Source: an uncultured Methanosarcinaceae archaeon (GTDB lineage Archaea; Halobacteriota; Methanosarcinia; Methanosarcinales; Methanosarcinaceae). From it: a stretch of 64,000 bases of DNA. Under the pieces are notes generated by a model. That model searched no databases and was not told the DNA's origin. It saw only the letters and a program-made list of their open reading frames with translations. The position numbers and the translations under genes were made by a program. The stretch covers positions 320,001-384,000 of the forward strand of contig CAWJYV010000008.1 of NCBI GenBank assembly GCA_963847185.1, given 5' to 3'. Below, one piece after another: positions 49,582 through 61,316 of the stretch (the stretch's first letter is position 1; the number at the start of each line of letters is the position of its first letter).

Positions 49582-50514
49582 TCAAATTGCAAAACCAACG
49601 TCAGACTTAGATTTGATTTTTATCAATATATAATTTTTCATTTTTGACTTGGAAATATTAGCAAGTTCTGAGAGGACAACTCCCTCATCAAATTCGAGCT
49701 TCTCAATTTTTTCGTGGAATTCATCATATGGAAGTTTGACCCTGAGCCCGTCAAGCTGGAGGGTAAGAGGGGCAGGAGAGAGTACAGTACGGATTTCAGG
49801 GACCTGATTTTCTATCTCCTTCATAACTCTTGCGGGAAGTACGGCAAGAGGATCTTTTGCTTGCTGCCTGCGAATGTTGTCAGCAATCTTTCCAATCTCT
49901 TCATTGAGTTTGTCAAGGGCACTAACTTCTTCTGTTTTCCTTAATCTATGAGAGGTTCTTCCGATATTTCCAACGTAAAGATCTGCTCCGGAGACTTCCT
50001 CAGTTTTCAGGTCAGGTCCACCTGTCACCACAATTGGGATTTCGATACCCTCAAAGAGCTTCGGCTTCTTATTGATAATACAGTCACTGAAAGACCCGAA
50101 TGTGAAAACTGCAATATCGTGTTCATTAATAAGTTTCCTTTCGTAGTCCATGGATAGAGACACTCTGCGTCCCATTCCTCTGGCAAGCCCTATCATATTT
50201 GTGTTGGCTCCCGGGTGGCGAAGGTATTCTGCTACATCGCAGGCTGAATGTGGAAGATGATGAGAGGCAAGGGTCGGTGAAACGACTGCAATCTCTACTC
50301 CCGTAAGAGGAGCTTCTATCATGATTCCAAGCAGTTCGTCAGATTGTTTTTTTACTATTTCGATGTCCTTTTCAGGGACAAGCATTATTAGATTAACTTC
50401 CGTGCCGGTAACTACTTTTTGAATTAAGTAGCCCCCCAGGTCTTCCAGCAGTTCGATTAAAAGCCCGTGTTTGTGGACACCGCCTGTGTAAAGATAGGGT
50501 CGGAGTATAGCCAT
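49582..50514 (-). CDS. mmp7: Methanogenesis marker protein 7
   Basis: GGVHK, HHLPHxxCD motifs; position in marker cluster. Confidence 0.9.
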   Translation of the reverse strand: MAILRPYLYTGGVHKHGLLIELLEDLGGYLIQKVVTGTEVNLIMLVPEKDIEIVKKQSDELLGIMIEAPLTGVEIAVVSPTLASHHLPHSACDVAEYLRHPGANTNMIGLARGMGRRVSLSMDYERKLINEHDIAVFTFGSFSDCIINKKPKLFEGIEIPIVVTGGPDLKTEEVSGADLYVGNIGRTSHRLRKTEEVSALDKLNEEIGKIADNIRRQQAKDPLAVLPARVMKEIENQVPEIRTVLSPAPLTLQLDGLRVKLPYDEFHEKIEKLEFDEGVVLSELANISKSKMKNYILIKIKSKSDVGFAI

Positions 50515-50515
50515 T

Positions 50516-51115
50516 TTATTTTTTCCCTCCTTCTATCAGATCTTCGAGCATTGCCCCTGCCTCTTGAATCCATTCAGGTTTTAATGCTTCCTCAGATGCT
50601 ACAAAAACAAAATTGTTGGATTTGTACAGGTGGTAACGGACCCTGAAACCTTCTGGAGTAACCCTGATTGCAAAATCTACAAGGTTTTCATGAAGTCTGT
50701 GTCTGGGATCTGCAATCATCATTTCTTTAATAAAAACCGCTTCTTCCTCTGGTTTATCTACAGTTACGGCTACAGTCCAGCGGTCAGGCTGGCTGATATT
50801 AGCTTTACCATAACGTTCCCAGAGCTTCCCTAACAGCTCAGGGATATATTGTTCCTTTTTGATCACAATTATTATTTCACCTGCAACCGGCTTTGCTTCC
50901 ACATCCGCAATGTCAATTGTCGTAACCCTGGTGCCTACATCCCTGAGAACAATTGCCATTTGAAAGAGAGAATCTTCAGGCCTCAGCTTTACCTTGATTC
51001 TTCCTATTGCCGGAGCAAGCTTGAGATTTGAAAGGTTGTCCTCGATAATTTTCCTATAAAATTCCTGCTCCGAAGCAATTGCGGACTCGACAACAAAGGT
51101 CTCAAGCGAATCCAT
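50516..51115 (-). CDS. mmp17: Methanogenesis marker protein 17
   Basis: LWERYG, QPDR, PEGFRVR; cluster order. Confidence 0.88.
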   Translation of the reverse strand: MDSLETFVVESAIASEQEFYRKIIEDNLSNLKLAPAIGRIKVKLRPEDSLFQMAIVLRDVGTRVTTIDIADVEAKPVAGEIIIVIKKEQYIPELLGKLWERYGKANISQPDRWTVAVTVDKPEEEAVFIKEMMIADPRHRLHENLVDFAIRVTPEGFRVRYHLYKSNNFVFVASEEALKPEWIQEAGAMLEDLIEGGKK

Positions 51116-51122
51116 TTCTTCC

Positions 51123-52370
51123 TCACTCCTCTATGAAACCTGAAGCAAGCAGAGCTGCTCCTACCGCCCCTATGAGATGGGAGTTTTCAGGCACAAGGAC
51201 ATCGATTTTAAGGAGTTTTCCCAGAGCTTTTGGAACCCCTTCAATCAGGGAAGATCCGCCCACAAGAATCAGCGGTTCTTTTACGTCCACTTCCTGCAAC
51301 TGCTGCTCGTATATCTGTTCTACCACACTATAACAAGCTGCAGCTGCCACATCTTCAGGTGTAGCTCCTTTGGCAAGAGAATTCACCAGGGACTGGATCC
51401 CGAAAACTATACAGTAACTATTCATGGAGACGTTTTCGTGCATGCCTTTGACTGCCAGAGCTCCGAGCTCGGTAATGTCTACGCCAAGTCGCTTTGAGAT
51501 CATCTCAAAAAAACGTCCTGAGGCTCCGGCGCAGATTCCGCCCATTGTAAACATTCCGGGAATTCCGTCTTGAACCGAGATTGCCTTGTTGTCCATACCA
51601 CCTATATCAATAACTGTTGCAGGGCCTTTCTGTCTGTCTGCAAGGTAGACAGCTCCTTTCGAGTTGACGGTAATTTCTTCCTGGATAAGCTGGGCTTTTA
51701 AATGGTTACCTACGAGGAATCTCCCATATCCGGTTGTGCCCAGAGCTTGAATCTCTTCCCTGGAAACTCCAGCCTCTTTAAGAGCAAGAGAGTATGCTTC
51801 TTCGGCACTTTCGAGGACTTTCGTTGTGGGTACCCATCCCTTGCCTATTATTTTGTTATCCTTCATTATCACTGCTTTTGTAGTCGTTGACCCCGAGTCT
51901 ATTCCTGCAGTCAGTCCTTTTTGGACCTCCCTCGTGAGAAGGTGCCTGCGTCTGACAATTGTGGTCAGAGCTTCCAGACGGGTAAGAAGGGTACCCGCAG
52001 TGGTGCTCTCGGTAAATGAATAGCTAATTACTGGAATAGTGGAGTGCTTATGGATGTACCTTCTAACCTCATTTCGTACGATAGCTCCTTCAGCACAGCG
52101 GAAACAGGTGGTAATAAAAACTCCATCTACACTGGTTGTGCCCTCAACGACAGCTTTCGCCCTTGCCATCATAAGCCTCAGGTCTCCACTTGCAACCTCA
52201 AGCCCGAAATCTCTGCCTATGGTATCTATGGATGCGATGTCAATCTCAGGAAAAACGAATTTTGCATTCACTTTGGCCGCAACTTCCTCAAATTCTGGCT
52301 GAACTCCGGCATATTCAGAGCCGCAGGATACCAGGGCAATCTTGACAAGTCCCGATTCTTCAGCACTCAT
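51123..52370 (-). CDS. mmp15: Methanogenesis marker protein 15 (ASKHA activase-like)
   Basis: [33 protein letters not shown]. Confidence 0.92.
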   Translation of the reverse strand: MSAEESGLVKIALVSCGSEYAGVQPEFEEVAAKVNAKFVFPEIDIASIDTIGRDFGLEVASGDLRLMMARAKAVVEGTTSVDGVFITTCFRCAEGAIVRNEVRRYIHKHSTIPVISYSFTESTTAGTLLTRLEALTTIVRRRHLLTREVQKGLTAGIDSGSTTTKAVIMKDNKIIGKGWVPTTKVLESAEEAYSLALKEAGVSREEIQALGTTGYGRFLVGNHLKAQLIQEEITVNSKGAVYLADRQKGPATVIDIGGMDNKAISVQDGIPGMFTMGGICAGASGRFFEMISKRLGVDITELGALAVKGMHENVSMNSYCIVFGIQSLVNSLAKGATPEDVAAAACYSVVEQIYEQQLQEVDVKEPLILVGGSSLIEGVPKALGKLLKIDVLVPENSHLIGAVGAALLASGFIEE

Positions 52371-52879
52371 TTCTTGTCCTCCTTTTCTGCCTGTTCATTT
52401 TCTTTCGGGTTTTCATCCTCTCCAGGCTTTTCTTTGGGCAACGATTCCAGAAATGCTGCAATTTTATTTACAAAATCACGGGCTTCCTCATCTGACTCCG
52501 GGTATTTTACCTCGAGTACAGGGATACCTTTAGAGCGAACCAGATATTTCATTAGTTCGTTTGTGCGGTTACAGCCCACACAGCCAAAGTTTGTGGGGGG
52601 GTTCTCAACTATAATTGCAGCCTCTGTCTCTTCTATAAGGGGACCTATAAGTGCCATTCTACCCCTTACTCCAGCCGGCACTTCAATTGCAGCGTATTTA
52701 AGACCCAATTTCGGGTCCTCGTGAGTGATGTTTATGGGAGGAGAATCCAGGCTGATATTTGTAACTTTTTCTCGTACCTGGTTCATCATAGTAAGGGGTT
52801 TATGTCCAAAACGCTCAACCAGGTCAGAAAGAATAAGACTGTTTATAGGGTAAATGAAAACCTTTGCCAAAAAACTCAC
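52367..52879 (-). CDS. mmp5: Methanogenesis marker protein 5
   Basis: [28 protein letters not shown]. Confidence 0.9.
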   Translation of the reverse strand: MSFLAKVFIYPINSLILSDLVERFGHKPLTMMNQVREKVTNISLDSPPINITHEDPKLGLKYAAIEVPAGVRGRMALIGPLIEETEAAIIVENPPTNFGCVGCNRTNELMKYLVRSKGIPVLEVKYPESDEEARDFVNKIAAFLESLPKEKPGEDENPKENEQAEKEDKK

Positions 52880-53340
52880 CTCGCAAGCTCCTCTTCAATA
52901 ATCTTTTCCAAATCGGAAGTCTTAAGCCTGCATTTCTCTTTGCTCTTTTCTTTTACAGATTCCTTTGCTTCCAGTTCATCAAGTGCAGCTCCTATGGCAG
53001 GGAGCATCTCTACTTCTTCCCTCAAGAAATGGAATCCAGGCCTTGGGCCACCCCCTCTGCTTGCCCGGCACCGTCTACTATCTCCTGCAGGAAATCCTCT
53101 ATCTTTCACAAAAATGTGGTTTTTATCCATCTGTCGGATTTTTTCGGTCACTGTCAGAATATCCTCCTTTGGTCCTGTAACAATGAGTCCAAAGCAGGTT
53201 TCCTTTACTGTGATCGGAAACTCTGATTCATAAATTTTCATGGCTGCATCTGAAGGTAGCACTTTATCCGAACTGATCACAATGTATTTTGTAATCTCTT
53301 CTTTTTTCGTTTCAGTCATCTTTTGTCTCTCCTTGGTCAT
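52876..53340 (-). CDS. mmp6: Methanogenesis marker protein 6
   Basis: VKETCFG, KDRGFPAGDSRRCRA, RPGFH. Confidence 0.9.
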   Translation of the reverse strand: MTKERQKMTETKKEEITKYIVISSDKVLPSDAAMKIYESEFPITVKETCFGLIVTGPKEDILTVTEKIRQMDKNHIFVKDRGFPAGDSRRCRASRGGGPRPGFHFLREEVEMLPAIGAALDELEAKESVKEKSKEKCRLKTSDLEKIIEEELAR

Positions 53341-53523
53341 GGGAGACTTGTCCTGCTAAACCCTTATATGTGAATCCTTCAAGGATCTGGATCACATATA
53401 GGGCAATTGCATTTACAAATTAGTTGATTTTCTTTAGTCTGTTTTTTATCTGGTATTAATGCTATAATTTACCAGTTTTTAATTTACCTGTAGCCAATAC
53501 TTATTGCTGCTACTTCCCAGTTA

Positions 53524-53574
<51 letters not shown>

Positions 53575-53643
53575 TAGAGTACTCAGTGTATATGTCTCAT
53601 GAATTATATGATACTAAAGTTAGTTGTCTGTGATCTTGAAGTT

Positions 53644-55209
53644 TTACTTTTCGGTTTCCCTGAGTTCACTCACGTATATTGCATCTCCTTTCTTGATGCC
53701 TTTGAGTTTCTCAGGATTGATTATCCTGCCGATAATATTGGTTGATGAGAATTTTTCTCCAGTTGGGCCGAACATGTCGTCATCTTCAAGTTTGACTCCT
53801 ATGGTCCCCATCCTTTTTGCCGCTTGATTTGTAATTCCTATTTCCCCGCCATGTACTTTTTCAGTAGGGGTGTTTTCGGGAAGGATTTCTTTATACTTCA
53901 CTACATCCTTTTCAGTTTTGAAGAGATAAGTATCTTCATAGGTCATACTGACAGGCAATTTTCCAACATTTTTTGTCTTAAGTTCAAGAGCGTGGCGGAA
54001 AAAGTCCACAGATTTAGGGGCCCTTTCAGGATAAAGTTCAATTTCGATAAGTTTTGCTCTGGATACTGCATACGCAGTCACTTTTGCTTCCCCAAGGATT
54101 TCCATTGTTGTTGGGGGATCCTGTTTGACAATTACTGAATCTTCTCCAGTGTACCCGCCTCTTACAAGTTCTATTCCTATGGTAGAAAGTACAGGTTCTA
54201 CTTCTTCAAAGCTGTGTCCAAGAAGAATTAGCTGTGGAGGAAGACTTTCGACTGAGAGCTTCTGCCCCTTTTCTGCGAGTTTGACAAGTTCAAGACCCTT
54301 TGTTACCTTTCCTACAACAGAATGCACAAGACTTGAAGGTCGTTCTTCTTTGGAAATATAGGTCCTGCCTGTCCCGTACCCGACTGTCCTAATTGAAATA
54401 GCTCCTTCACTTCTCGGCTCGAAATTTTCGTAAGGAACAGTTTCTCCTTTCAGATTGTCATCCGAGATATATGAGCTAGTAATCATATCTACAGTAAGTG
54501 TACCTTCACGGGTCAGAGCATAGAATTGTTCTGCTCCTTTTGGGGCATTTCTGGAAAGTTCCACTTCAAAATAAGTAAATATGCTATTTCCGTCTTCAAG
54601 AAGAGTAGAAAGGTCAGATGTGCAGGTTTTTTCTGATATTTGTTCCCATTCTATTATAGGCTCAATGTTCAGAATTGTATCCTCTTTCGAAAGTTTATAA
54701 AGGATTTTTCTTCCGGTCACAACTGTTGCAAAAACACCATCTTCAGGAGTCCCATACTCTGCAGAATGTCTTTTTCTTGAAAAGATCAGATGAGTATTAC
54801 GGGAATCAAAACCTCCAGCTCCAAAGAGGACATCTAAAGCTTCAAAGCTGCTGATCTCACGCGAGGGCTTAAATTCGGCTTCAAAAGGCCCGAAAGCAAG
54901 AGCTTCTGAGCCTGTCCAGTGAACAGGTTTTCCTTCATACTCTTTAAACTGCTCAGCCCATAATTTTCCTGAGGGTGATTCAGGATTTTTAATTTCTATC
55001 CTGAGTTCCCCTTTAGGAGTATTGATAGCGTATTCGGTGATTATTTCCGTTCTCTTCTCATCAGCGGTCTCTTTCAGAATCCCGATCGCTGTACCTGCTA
55101 TATAGGGGGTTCTGGAAACTTTAAGGGCATCCCCTAGGGTAGAGCCTGCAGGTAAAGTGTATTTCTGCCCGTTCACCTCTACGCTGATCTCATTACTCGT
55201 AATCGGCAC
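53644..55209 (-). CDS. mmp3: Methanogenesis marker protein 3 (cyclophilin-like)
   Basis: APKSVDFFR, PENTP, IGITNQ, FGPTGE motifs; downstream of atwA. Confidence 0.9.
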   Translation of the reverse strand: MPITSNEISVEVNGQKYTLPAGSTLGDALKVSRTPYIAGTAIGILKETADEKRTEIITEYAINTPKGELRIEIKNPESPSGKLWAEQFKEYEGKPVHWTGSEALAFGPFEAEFKPSREISSFEALDVLFGAGGFDSRNTHLIFSRKRHSAEYGTPEDGVFATVVTGRKILYKLSKEDTILNIEPIIEWEQISEKTCTSDLSTLLEDGNSIFTYFEVELSRNAPKGAEQFYALTREGTLTVDMITSSYISDDNLKGETVPYENFEPRSEGAISIRTVGYGTGRTYISKEERPSSLVHSVVGKVTKGLELVKLAEKGQKLSVESLPPQLILLGHSFEEVEPVLSTIGIELVRGGYTGEDSVIVKQDPPTTMEILGEAKVTAYAVSRAKLIEIELYPERAPKSVDFFRHALELKTKNVGKLPVSMTYEDTYLFKTEKDVVKYKEILPENTPTEKVHGGEIGITNQAAKRMGTIGVKLEDDDMFGPTGEKFSSTNIIGRIINPEKLKGIKKGDAIYVSELRETEK

Positions 55210-55249
55210 CTCATTTTAGTATTTTCTATACTAAGAGGTGGCAGCATAT

Positions 55250-56863
55250 TTATATTTCTTCTGCAGCTTGGAGCTTTTCTTCTTCAGTTAGCTGGGAGAG
55301 CACGTTCTCCGGTATCCCTATTGCTACAATCTTCCCATCACGCATAAGTGCTACACGGTCGCAGATCTGGTGTACAAAATCCATGTCATGAGAGACTATT
55401 ACAAAAGTTTCCCCTATCTCTTCTCTGGCTTTGAGGATAGAATTTGCCACGGATGCTTTGGTTATCGGGTCCATTGTCCCTGTAGGTTCATCCATTATGA
55501 CAATTCTGGGTTCCTTAATGAGGACCTGTGCAAGTGCAATTCTATGCCGTTCCCCTTCACTCATTTCATCGGTCTTTTTGGGTAAAATAGCTTTTGCCTT
55601 ATTTTCTTCAAAACCTGCAGCTTTGAGAGTTATTACAGCTTTCCGTACACCAAGTTCGAAAGGCAAATCAAGGCTGATAGATTCGGTGAGGTTATCTATT
55701 ACAGAACTTTGGGTATAGAGTCCATATTCCTGATGCAGAAATCCCATGTATTTTGTTGCTCTTCCTTTGTTTTCCACACCCAGCTTTGTCATATCAACCC
55801 AGTCATCTCCCACTCGAACTTCAACTTCTCCGGAAGTTGGGGGTAAAATTCCTATAAGAATCTTTGAGGTTGTAGTCTTGCCTGCTCCGCTAACTCCAAC
55901 AAGTCCGAAGATCTCTCCTTCTCTTACTTCAAAAGAAATATTATCCACAGCTCTTACCACACCGCGATCTACTGAGATATAACGTTTTGAAAGATCCTTT
56001 ACTCGGATTATGGGTTCTCCGACCATAGAGCACTTTTCTTGCTTTGTCATGCATACATTCTGCATAAAGATTGCAGAAACTTCAAGTGGATCCCCTTCCT
56101 GAACTACTTCTCCGTTTTCAAGCAGGATCGCCTTGTCTGCCATATTCTCAATGACTTCAGGCCAGTGAGAGGTAAGGATCATACTCATGTTGTAGTTCCT
56201 CACCGCGTTAAGCATAGCATCATGAACGAGCTTTGCAGTTAGAGGATCAAGTGTACCTGTAGGTTCGTCAGCTAATAGGAGTAAGGGATTTCTTACAAGC
56301 TGTCTGGCAAGAACAACTCTCTGCTTTTCTCCGCCTGATAGCTCTCTTGCAACATGCATCATGCGGTGGCTCAGATTTACTTCTTCCAACAGTTCAACCG
56401 CTTTTCTCATGGAGTCTTCTCCCTTGTATCCTATTTCGTTCAGGGAGTTTATTACATTCACAAGAACCCTTTCGTCTCCATAGAGGGCAAAGGTACGCTG
56501 GAGCATGATTGCAATTTTTTTGGTGATATCTTTTCTTATGGGATCATACAGGGAAAGTTTTACAAAATCTGCTTCAAATGCTTCGAGTGTTTCTCCACAG
56601 ACCGGGCATTTCTGGCCTACCTTGCTGGGGCGTTCTACATATCCGCATTTCTCACAGCGGGCAAGATGGTAAATTACTTCCCCTGAGATGTTTTCAAAAG
56701 ATTCAGTCCCACGCAACACATGCATCAGGATTGTTTTTCCCGATCCGCTTTTTCCCAGAATTCCGACTATTTCCCCTTCGTTGATACTTAAGCTTACGTT
56801 TTTCAGCGCCTTAAAACCGTCGAAATCTACGGTTAGATTCTTGACTTCAATAAATACTGGCAT
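55250..56863 (-). CDS. atwA: Methyl-coenzyme M reductase system component A2
   Basis: Two ABC domains, CEKC...CPVC finger, MLQRTFALY; start set at MPVFIEV after SD ggagg. Confidence 0.93.
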   Translation of the reverse strand: MPVFIEVKNLTVDFDGFKALKNVSLSINEGEIVGILGKSGSGKTILMHVLRGTESFENISGEVIYHLARCEKCGYVERPSKVGQKCPVCGETLEAFEADFVKLSLYDPIRKDITKKIAIMLQRTFALYGDERVLVNVINSLNEIGYKGEDSMRKAVELLEEVNLSHRMMHVARELSGGEKQRVVLARQLVRNPLLLLADEPTGTLDPLTAKLVHDAMLNAVRNYNMSMILTSHWPEVIENMADKAILLENGEVVQEGDPLEVSAIFMQNVCMTKQEKCSMVGEPIIRVKDLSKRYISVDRGVVRAVDNISFEVREGEIFGLVGVSGAGKTTTSKILIGILPPTSGEVEVRVGDDWVDMTKLGVENKGRATKYMGFLHQEYGLYTQSSVIDNLTESISLDLPFELGVRKAVITLKAAGFEENKAKAILPKKTDEMSEGERHRIALAQVLIKEPRIVIMDEPTGTMDPITKASVANSILKAREEIGETFVIVSHDMDFVHQICDRVALMRDGKIVAIGIPENVLSQLTEEEKLQAAEEI

Positions 56864-57105
56864 GAATTTTCCTCCGCACTTATGAGTTGCAAATAACTCT
56901 TTCTGATGACTCTTCCTTGCCTGCCTGGGTATATTGTTTAAAGTGAAAAGCAATTTATCAAATGATCTTAACATAATCAATTAATTTCACACATTTGGGC
57001 AACAACTACATAAGAGTAAACATTACATAAATATAACGCATTATTTTTTCACTGTTAACATCTAAAATCAAGATCAAAGGGTTATTTCTGCCGGATTCTT
57101 GCTTA

Positions 57106-57906
57106 TTACAACCCTTTTATCACATCCACAACTTTTATTATGTCATCAAGCACCACATTTGCTGCTTTTCGGAGTTCTTCTGGCCTTTTATCTCCCTGCT
57201 GCGTTGTCATTATTCCCACATCTGCTGCCCTGAAAGCTAGGATATCGTTAATTCCATCCCCTACCATAACTACTTTTTCATATCTGCTTTTTAGTTCAAG
57301 CACAACCTTCTCTTTCATAAAGGGATCTGCAAAGGCGAAGACTCTTTCTTGAGGGATATTTATTAACTCTGCAAGCTGCAGGAGGGCTGACATTCTATCT
57401 CCTGATGCTATGTAGATATCCACTTCCATCGCATGGAGCAACTGGATGGTTTGTAGGGTCTTACCGAATACATGTCCTCCAGTGCTGAGGACATAGGGTA
57501 TTCTTCTTGCTTTTGAGTCTACTATCAGACCTGCCGCAAGATAAATGCTATCAGGACAACGAGATGTAACTGCTCCGAGCACATCATGCACGTCCCCCAT
57601 CTGTATGTAAGTCCCCCTTATGATCTCACATGCAATATCAGGGGTGAAATATCCTTTTGAACAGCTTATTCCTATTGAAACTCTATACTCATCTATAAAC
57701 TCCAATAGAGACATATCCCTTCTTGAGTGAAGAATTATCTCTTTTTCGGTATTCAGAGCAACAAGCCCGCAACCTTCCTTTTTTGAGACAATTGCAGTGC
57801 TCTCTATATTTTCGAGGATGTTTCCTGTACTGGCTTCTTTTGCAACCCTGTACATGCGGAGAAGAGTTCCTGCACTGTCAAAGACCACTGCGATTCTTTT
57901 GGACAT
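57106..57906 (-). CDS. HAD-superfamily hydrolase (soluble P-type ATPase-like)
   Basis: DSAGTL, ASGD, MVGDGIND. Confidence 0.88.
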   Translation of the reverse strand: MSKRIAVVFDSAGTLLRMYRVAKEASTGNILENIESTAIVSKKEGCGLVALNTEKEIILHSRRDMSLLEFIDEYRVSIGISCSKGYFTPDIACEIIRGTYIQMGDVHDVLGAVTSRCPDSIYLAAGLIVDSKARRIPYVLSTGGHVFGKTLQTIQLLHAMEVDIYIASGDRMSALLQLAELINIPQERVFAFADPFMKEKVVLELKSRYEKVVMVGDGINDILAFRAADVGIMTTQQGDKRPEELRKAANVVLDDIIKVVDVIKGL

Positions 57907-58024
57907 GTAAAATGATTAATCTGTAAAATAAAAAATCTTTGCAAAAATCAAAAACAACACTTAAATTCAATTTTATAAAAATAAATAATCAGGGAGAATT
58001 CAAATTTCACTCTACATTATTGAT

Positions 58025-58921
58025 TTACAGTATTGATGCCCCTGAAAGCAGGACACCAATAAAAAATCCAAGGATTACTCCGGAGTTCAGAAAGGGGAGC
58101 CCTGCTTGTGGTTTTCCTCTCATTACAAGGATAGAAAGTACTGCGTGTCCTGCAAGGGTACCGAGCATTGCCCCGAGCACGGGAAGTGAGATCCCTCCAT
58201 TACTTTGCATGAAGACATTTGCCGAAACTACGAGCAGGGTAGGCATAACGGCATCTCCAAGGCCCATAAAAAAAGCTTCCCTTTTTTCTCCTTCTTTGAA
58301 ACTTTCCTTTATAAATGAATAATCGGAGTGCTTTGGAATAACAAAGAGAATGGGAAGTTTCAAATCCATTATTCCTTCGGCCATGTCTATCATATGCTTT
58401 GTTTTGTATACCGATATAGCGTCATAGATTGCAAGGAGTAACAGAAGAATTATCACAGGGATAACTGCAAGGGAAATCCCTATCAGGGCACTGACTCCTC
58501 CTGCAATACAAATCCCAACAATGTCAATCACGTACCATTCTGGGTATTTGTAAAGCAGGACCGTTATACCCGTTGATATCAAAACTGATAAAATATTTTC
58601 AAATCCTGAAAGAGATGGAATAAGGGTGAACAGGGCATAGAATACGTAATATAAAGTACTTATTATGGCCAAATATATGGAGAGACTGATAACCCATTTA
58701 ATATTCTTTTTTATTGCTATCAGAACAAATACAGTGAAAGCAAGGATCATTATTATATAATATATAGAGTTGTATACCTGGGTAGGATCCTCAAAAGCTT
58801 GCATGTCATTGACTTCCATGGGGGCCGATAGAAATAATGCAAGAATTTGCACTATGAGGATCAATCCTCCCATGCAAAGAATTGGTAAATAATCTTTAAT
58901 TGATTGTTCGCTGGAACTCAA
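58025..58921 (-). CDS. Presenilin-family intramembrane aspartyl protease (PSH)
   Basis: YD, GLGD and AGLPFL motifs, multiple TM helices. Confidence 0.92.
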   Translation of the reverse strand: MSSSEQSIKDYLPILCMGGLILIVQILALFLSAPMEVNDMQAFEDPTQVYNSIYYIIMILAFTVFVLIAIKKNIKWVISLSIYLAIISTLYYVFYALFTLIPSLSGFENILSVLISTGITVLLYKYPEWYVIDIVGICIAGGVSALIGISLAVIPVIILLLLLAIYDAISVYKTKHMIDMAEGIMDLKLPILFVIPKHSDYSFIKESFKEGEKREAFFMGLGDAVMPTLLVVSANVFMQSNGGISLPVLGAMLGTLAGHAVLSILVMRGKPQAGLPFLNSGVILGFFIGVLLSGASIL

Positions 58922-59384
58922 GTGCTAAACTCCTTAATTCTTAACAGTATGCCTTTTTTATTCCTTTATATTCCTTTTATATTTACTGCCTTGTTTGTCT
59001 TCGGTATTCCTCGACTTATCCGTATATCGCTCTGTTTATTTATAATTCCATCTATTGATTAATATTTTTCAATTCTCCATACCCTTCTTCTCAAGGGGAT
59101 CTTTCACTGAAATCTTACTTTATTACCATATTCTTTATGGGTTACTTGTGCTTACAGAAAACTGAAGTAAGAAATGAGTGATGCATAAAGGATACATAAA
59201 TAGTTTGTGCAAAATGTTATATAGTATCTTTGTGTAAAAAAATAAACAAAAATGGAAAATATAGTAGAAATAGAAAAGCAGTAAATACTTTCATGAAAGT
59301 ATCTCCACTTAATAATTTTGAAACAAGCTATATCATAAAAATTGTGGTATCTGCAGAGAATTCACAATATATTAGAGGTATACA

Positions 59385-59720
59385 ATGGAGACTAAAGATA
59401 CAGTATTTCTTGTTGTGATGGTTCTATCATCCTTCCTTTTATCCTTCGAATGGCTTAAAAGGTTTACATACAGGCCTGCAAATCCTTTCATTGACCCCTT
59501 AATTATTCTTTCGGTTATGATCCTGGTCGGAACCTTGTCTGTCATGCTCATTTCTATTAATAACAAACTTCAGGAGTTTGAAGATAAAATGGAAGCAAAG
59601 GATCGTACTCTCAAGGTCAACATTGAGAGTATGGGGACAAAAATCGAAGAAAGGATGAATGAGCTCTCAACTAAAGTTGATAATGCTGTCTATGAATTCA
59701 ACCGCAGAAAGTACCATTAA
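59385..59720 (+). CDS. Hypothetical membrane protein (2 TM plus coiled coil)
   Basis: SD gaggt, clean 111 aa ORF. Confidence 0.75.
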   Translation: METKDTVFLVVMVLSSFLLSFEWLKRFTYRPANPFIDPLIILSVMILVGTLSVMLISINNKLQEFEDKMEAKDRTLKVNIESMGTKIEERMNELSTKVDNAVYEFNRRKYH

Positions 59721-60286
59721 ATTTTACTCATAATCCCATTTTTTCGATCTGCTTTTCAATTTGCCTTTTTAGTCTGCTTTTTGTTCATTTTTTAATCTTA
59801 TTTTTCTATGACAAGCAGAATTTTAATATTCTATTTATAAATGAGGTACTTTTTGAAAATCCAAATTTTTCTAACAATTCAGTATAATATTTGATTTTTA
59901 AGTATATATTAAGCTAGAAGCATACCTTCTATTATATATGAATATCTTCTATACACAGATTTAATTAAAAGAAAAAGACTGTTACTTATTTTTTATAAAG
60001 AAACTCTAATCTCACAAGATTTTGAATGGCTGTTTATTCCCTACTATCTTAGGTTTGATAGCAATATATGTTAATTTTTTCTATTTGATTCTTACTCAAT
60101 TAAAGCATTTCAAGAACAGGATCTACAGCCTCGAAAAGTATATATATTGGCTATTATGTAGTACAAAGGAATATCTGAAATCAAATTCAATGTAAATATA
60201 ATGGATCAGATATTTCCTATCGTAAATTATTATTACCCGGAGTTAATTTGATTACTTGTGTAAGCAGGTAAAGAAGGAAAGCTGAT

Positions 60287-60589
60287 ATGCACCTTAATCT
60301 AGAACCGATTGGCATTATTAAAAAGGTTGCAAATAGGTCGGAAATTTTGATTTATTCTGATTTTGAACAGGTCATACGAAATATTGTTTCCAAAATAGGA
60401 GAAGGGGCTGAAATGGGCCAAAAACTCCTGGTTGTTCACAAAAACAACAGTAAGAAACAAGTGGATGGTCATCAGGTTCAGGTCACAAAAGCGACACTAT
60501 TGGAAAGAAAAGGCAATTTGCTGACAATATCTAAAATTGAGGCAAATGAAGATTCAGTAATTGATGTCCGTCTTGATACTACTGCCTGA
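60287..60589 (+). CDS. Hypothetical protein (remote TsaA-like beta-barrel possible)
   Basis: LxPIGII N-terminus, SVIDV C-terminus; upstream TATA. Confidence 0.65.
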   Translation: MHLNLEPIGIIKKVANRSEILIYSDFEQVIRNIVSKIGEGAEMGQKLLVVHKNNSKKQVDGHQVQVTKATLLERKGNLLTISKIEANEDSVIDVRLDTTA

Positions 60590-60858
60590 TTCTCCTAGTT
60601 CTGCAAAAACAGATAAAGGTTTGTTTGGTCCGTTTCTTTTCTTTCCCCCACTGATACTTGATCTGGTCTTCGGGAGGGGCAAATTGGATATTCATTACGA
60701 AACCGAATAGTTTCATTCCTGTTTTTCCGGCAAGTTGTTATTCTATATTTGTAATAATCTTCGAGCTTTTTATGACTTTTTATGAATTACAGTGAAGCTT
60801 GGTACCTCATTTGTATTTAGTTGATATTATATAGTAGGAAAGATATCATATTCCCCTA

Positions 60859-61293
60859 ATGGGAAAAAGAGGAGCAAAGCCAAAGTTCACTGACGTTTCT
60901 TGTCCTAATCCGGATTGTAAACTTTATGGTGCTACTGGAAAAGAAAACATCATAGGCAATGGTACCTATCAAATCAAGAATAAGCGAGTTCGAAAATATA
61001 TCTGCCGCGAATGCGGCAGAGTATTCAATGATCGAACAGGTACTTTTTTTGAGAATGTTCGCAAAGATGAATCTGACATTAAACTAGCCCTTAAAATGGC
61101 TATTAAAGGAATGTCAATACAAGCTATTTCTGATGTATTGGAAGTTCAACCTGCCACAGTAAGTAACTGGTTGTTTCGCGCAGCGAAACAATGTGAGAAG
61201 GTAAATGAAGACTTGATGAAGGATCTTAATATTTCCAAAGTTGAGATGGATGAACTATGGGTAATAATTGAAAAAAAGTTGCTCCAAGAATAG
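60859..61293 (+). CDS. IS1 transposase N-terminal part (InsA-like zinc finger plus HTH)
   Basis: CPNPDC...CREC, HTH, EMDELW, A7G slippery site at 61271. Confidence 0.85.
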   Translation: MGKRGAKPKFTDVSCPNPDCKLYGATGKENIIGNGTYQIKNKRVRKYICRECGRVFNDRTGTFFENVRKDESDIKLALKMAIKGMSIQAISDVLEVQPATVSNWLFRAAKQCEKVNEDLMKDLNISKVEMDELWVIIEKKLLQE

Positions 61294-61316
61294 AAGTTGA
61301 AGATGATGGAGCATGG